The notes under the pieces were generated by a model. That model did no database searches, had not been told where the DNA came from, and saw only the letters and a program-made list of their open reading frames with translations. From the NCBI GenBank assembly GCA_037440565.1, contig JBBITY010000002.1, positions 1,663-26,103 on the forward strand: 24,441 nt of DNA, given 5' to 3'. Position numbers and translations under genes: made by a program. This stretch comes from Desulfurellales bacterium (GTDB lineage Bacteria > Desulfobacterota > Binatia > HRBIN30 > CADEER01). Positions 23,262 to 24,441 of the stretch are shown here, one piece after another (the first letter of the stretch is position 1; each line of letters begins with the position of its first letter).

Positions 23262-24441
23262 TCAGCCCCCCGGCTCGATACGAACAATAATACTTGCCGG
23301 CAAGCCCGGCTGTCCGAGACTGTCGCGGACGCGTGCGGTAACCCTGGTGTCGCCGGGAGGAAAAGCCATCTCTATGCCGACTCCGACGGACGTGCAGAAC
23401 TGCACCGTCGAAGCGAGGTTGACAAAACGCTCTTCTTGAAAGCGGTTCTTCGTACACGCGTCGGTCGACGCCCGGCGGGCATCGAAACGACAAGTCAGGT
23501 CATTGACCGCGTTGGCGGCGAATTGGGAGCCTCCGAAAAGAGGCGGATCCACGGCCGGCACGCCGCCGATGAAGTCCGGGGTTTCCCCTCGATCGCATAC
23601 CGCCGTACTGCCATTCCCGAGTGGGCGGGACACCACCATCTGGAGGTCAGGCAGGACGGTCGGGTCGGAAGGGCTCCAATTGAACGTGGAGGTCGCAACC
23701 GGCTTGCCGCTGGGGCCCGGTCGGGCCTCGAGCACGATAAAGAACCCCTGCGGCAGAGTGCGGCGGAAGATGGGTGTGCCGTCCTCGGCCGAGATTGGCG
23801 TCACCACGATCCCAAACGCATTGGCGATCCCGAAGTAGGTAATTTGCGGTCCGATCGTCTGAGGAGTGCGCGTCACTGACGGAGTCGACGTCGGCGTTCG
23901 GCTCGGCGTGGGTGTCCGCGTGGCGGTCCGCGTGCGCGTGGGCGTGGCACTAGGCGTCGAAGTCTTCGTCGGCTTGGTCGTTGGAGTGTTCGTGGCGGTG
24001 CGGGATTCCGTAACGGTTCGCGTGGCCGTCGCGGTCGGGGTCGTGCTAGCGGTCCGGGTGCTGGTTGCCGACGCGGGCAGCGGCGAATGAGTTTCCGTCG
24101 GTCGCGGTGTGACGGTCGGCGTGACGGTAGGGGTGGATGTCGCCGTCCGACTCGATGTTGAGGTGGGCGGGGGAGCGGTATCGGTCGCTGTGGGCGTGAC
24201 CGTGCGCGTAGCCGTTGTGGTTCGCGTCGGGGTCCGCGTGTGCGAGGCCGTAGCCGTACGGCTGGCGGAAAGCGTGCGCGTCACACTTGGCGTTGAGCTG
24301 GCCCCACCGGTCGGCGTGCGAGACGCGGTGGATGTTTTCTGCACCGTTGCGGTTCGGCTCGGCGTGGGTGTTCGCGTAGCGGTCCGCGTGCGCGTGGTCG
24401 TCCGAGTCACTGTGGGCGGACGTGTTCGGGTTGCAGTGCGC
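23262..24441 (-). CDS. 3' part of a large Thr/Pro/Arg-rich (mucin-like) probable surface protein with a ~200-aa 4-Cys C-terminal domain; 5' truncated
   Basis: The frame is open to the right edge (RTATRTRPPTV...), so GTG 24410 is not the true start. (T-x)n linker, then GPQITYFG...VCD...TCRF...ACT...QFCT...FPPGDT.VT.RVRD..G..G....IIVRI. Confidence 0.85.
   Translation of the reverse strand, partial: RTATRTRPPTVTRTTTRTRTATRTPTPSRTATVQKTSTASRTPTGGASSTPSVTRTLSASRTATASHTRTPTRTTTATRTVTPTATDTAPPPTSTSSRTATSTPTVTPTVTPRPTETHSPLPASATSTRTASTTPTATATRTVTESRTATNTPTTKPTKTSTPSATPTRTRTATRTPTPSRTPTSTPSVTRTPQTIGPQITYFGIANAFGIVVTPISAEDGTPIFRRTLPQGFFIVLEARPGPSGKPVATSTFNWSPSDPTVLPDLQMVVSRPLGNGSTAVCDRGETPDFIGGVPAVDPPLFGGSQFAANAVNDLTCRFDARRASTDACTKNRFQEERFVNLASTVQFCTSVGVGIEMAFPPGDTRVTARVRDSLGQPGLPASIIVRIEPGG
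23896..24397. repeat. 46-bp direct repeat inside the Thr-rich linker (23896-23941 and 24352-24397)
   Basis: 44/46 identical, 456 nt (152 codons) apart; each encodes TRTRTATRTPTPSRT. Confidence 0.85.

Noticed and set aside
23860-24441. Repetitive DNA as a CRISPR array
   Set aside because: The repeats are codon-phased Thr/Pro/Arg coding sequence with no repeat-spacer period and no cas genes.
1-24441. tRNA, rRNA, known riboswitches, IS elements
   Set aside because: No cloverleaf, rRNA-like stretch, recognisable aptamer, transposase or terminal inverted repeats seen by eye. A tRNAscan/Infernal run would be the formal test.

Overview
High-GC bacterial window. The gene order and the Thr/Pro-rich secreted protein suggest a deltaproteobacteria-like diderm, possibly Candidatus Binatia; this is inference only. 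(1) 1-17565, minus strand: one tightly coupled envelope superoperon, lysS - lolC/E - lolD - bamA - skp - lpxA - lpxI - Gfo/Idh/MocA (GnnA-like) - lpxB - msbA - DUF374 (LpxJ-like) - waaA - lpxK - Trm112-like - kdkA-like kinase - GT4 (runs off the left edge). lpxD and fabZ are missing from their usual place. (2) 17762-20632, plus strand, divergent from lysS: a clear sigma70 promoter drives a ubiquitin-like sulfur carrier (TtuB-like, ending GG-S), a TtuA-like Fe-S tRNA thiolase, TrmI (m1A58) and an MTHFSD-type 5-FCL paralog. This is the best candidate for an undescribed system: a thermophile-type tRNA T-loop modification module with an extra orphan member. (3) 20682-24441: a TIGR00725/LOG-like protein, two membrane proteins, a small XRE regulator behind a canonical -24/-12 sigma54 motif, and the 3' part of a Thr-rich protein with a 4-Cys C-terminal domain. 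Several intergenic gaps hold structured repeats: a hexamer-built hairpin, a G-run array, mutually exclusive hairpins and a GGAGC..GCTCC REP-like family. I saw no rRNA, tRNA, CRISPR array or mobile element. All calls come from reading motifs by eye; no searches were run.
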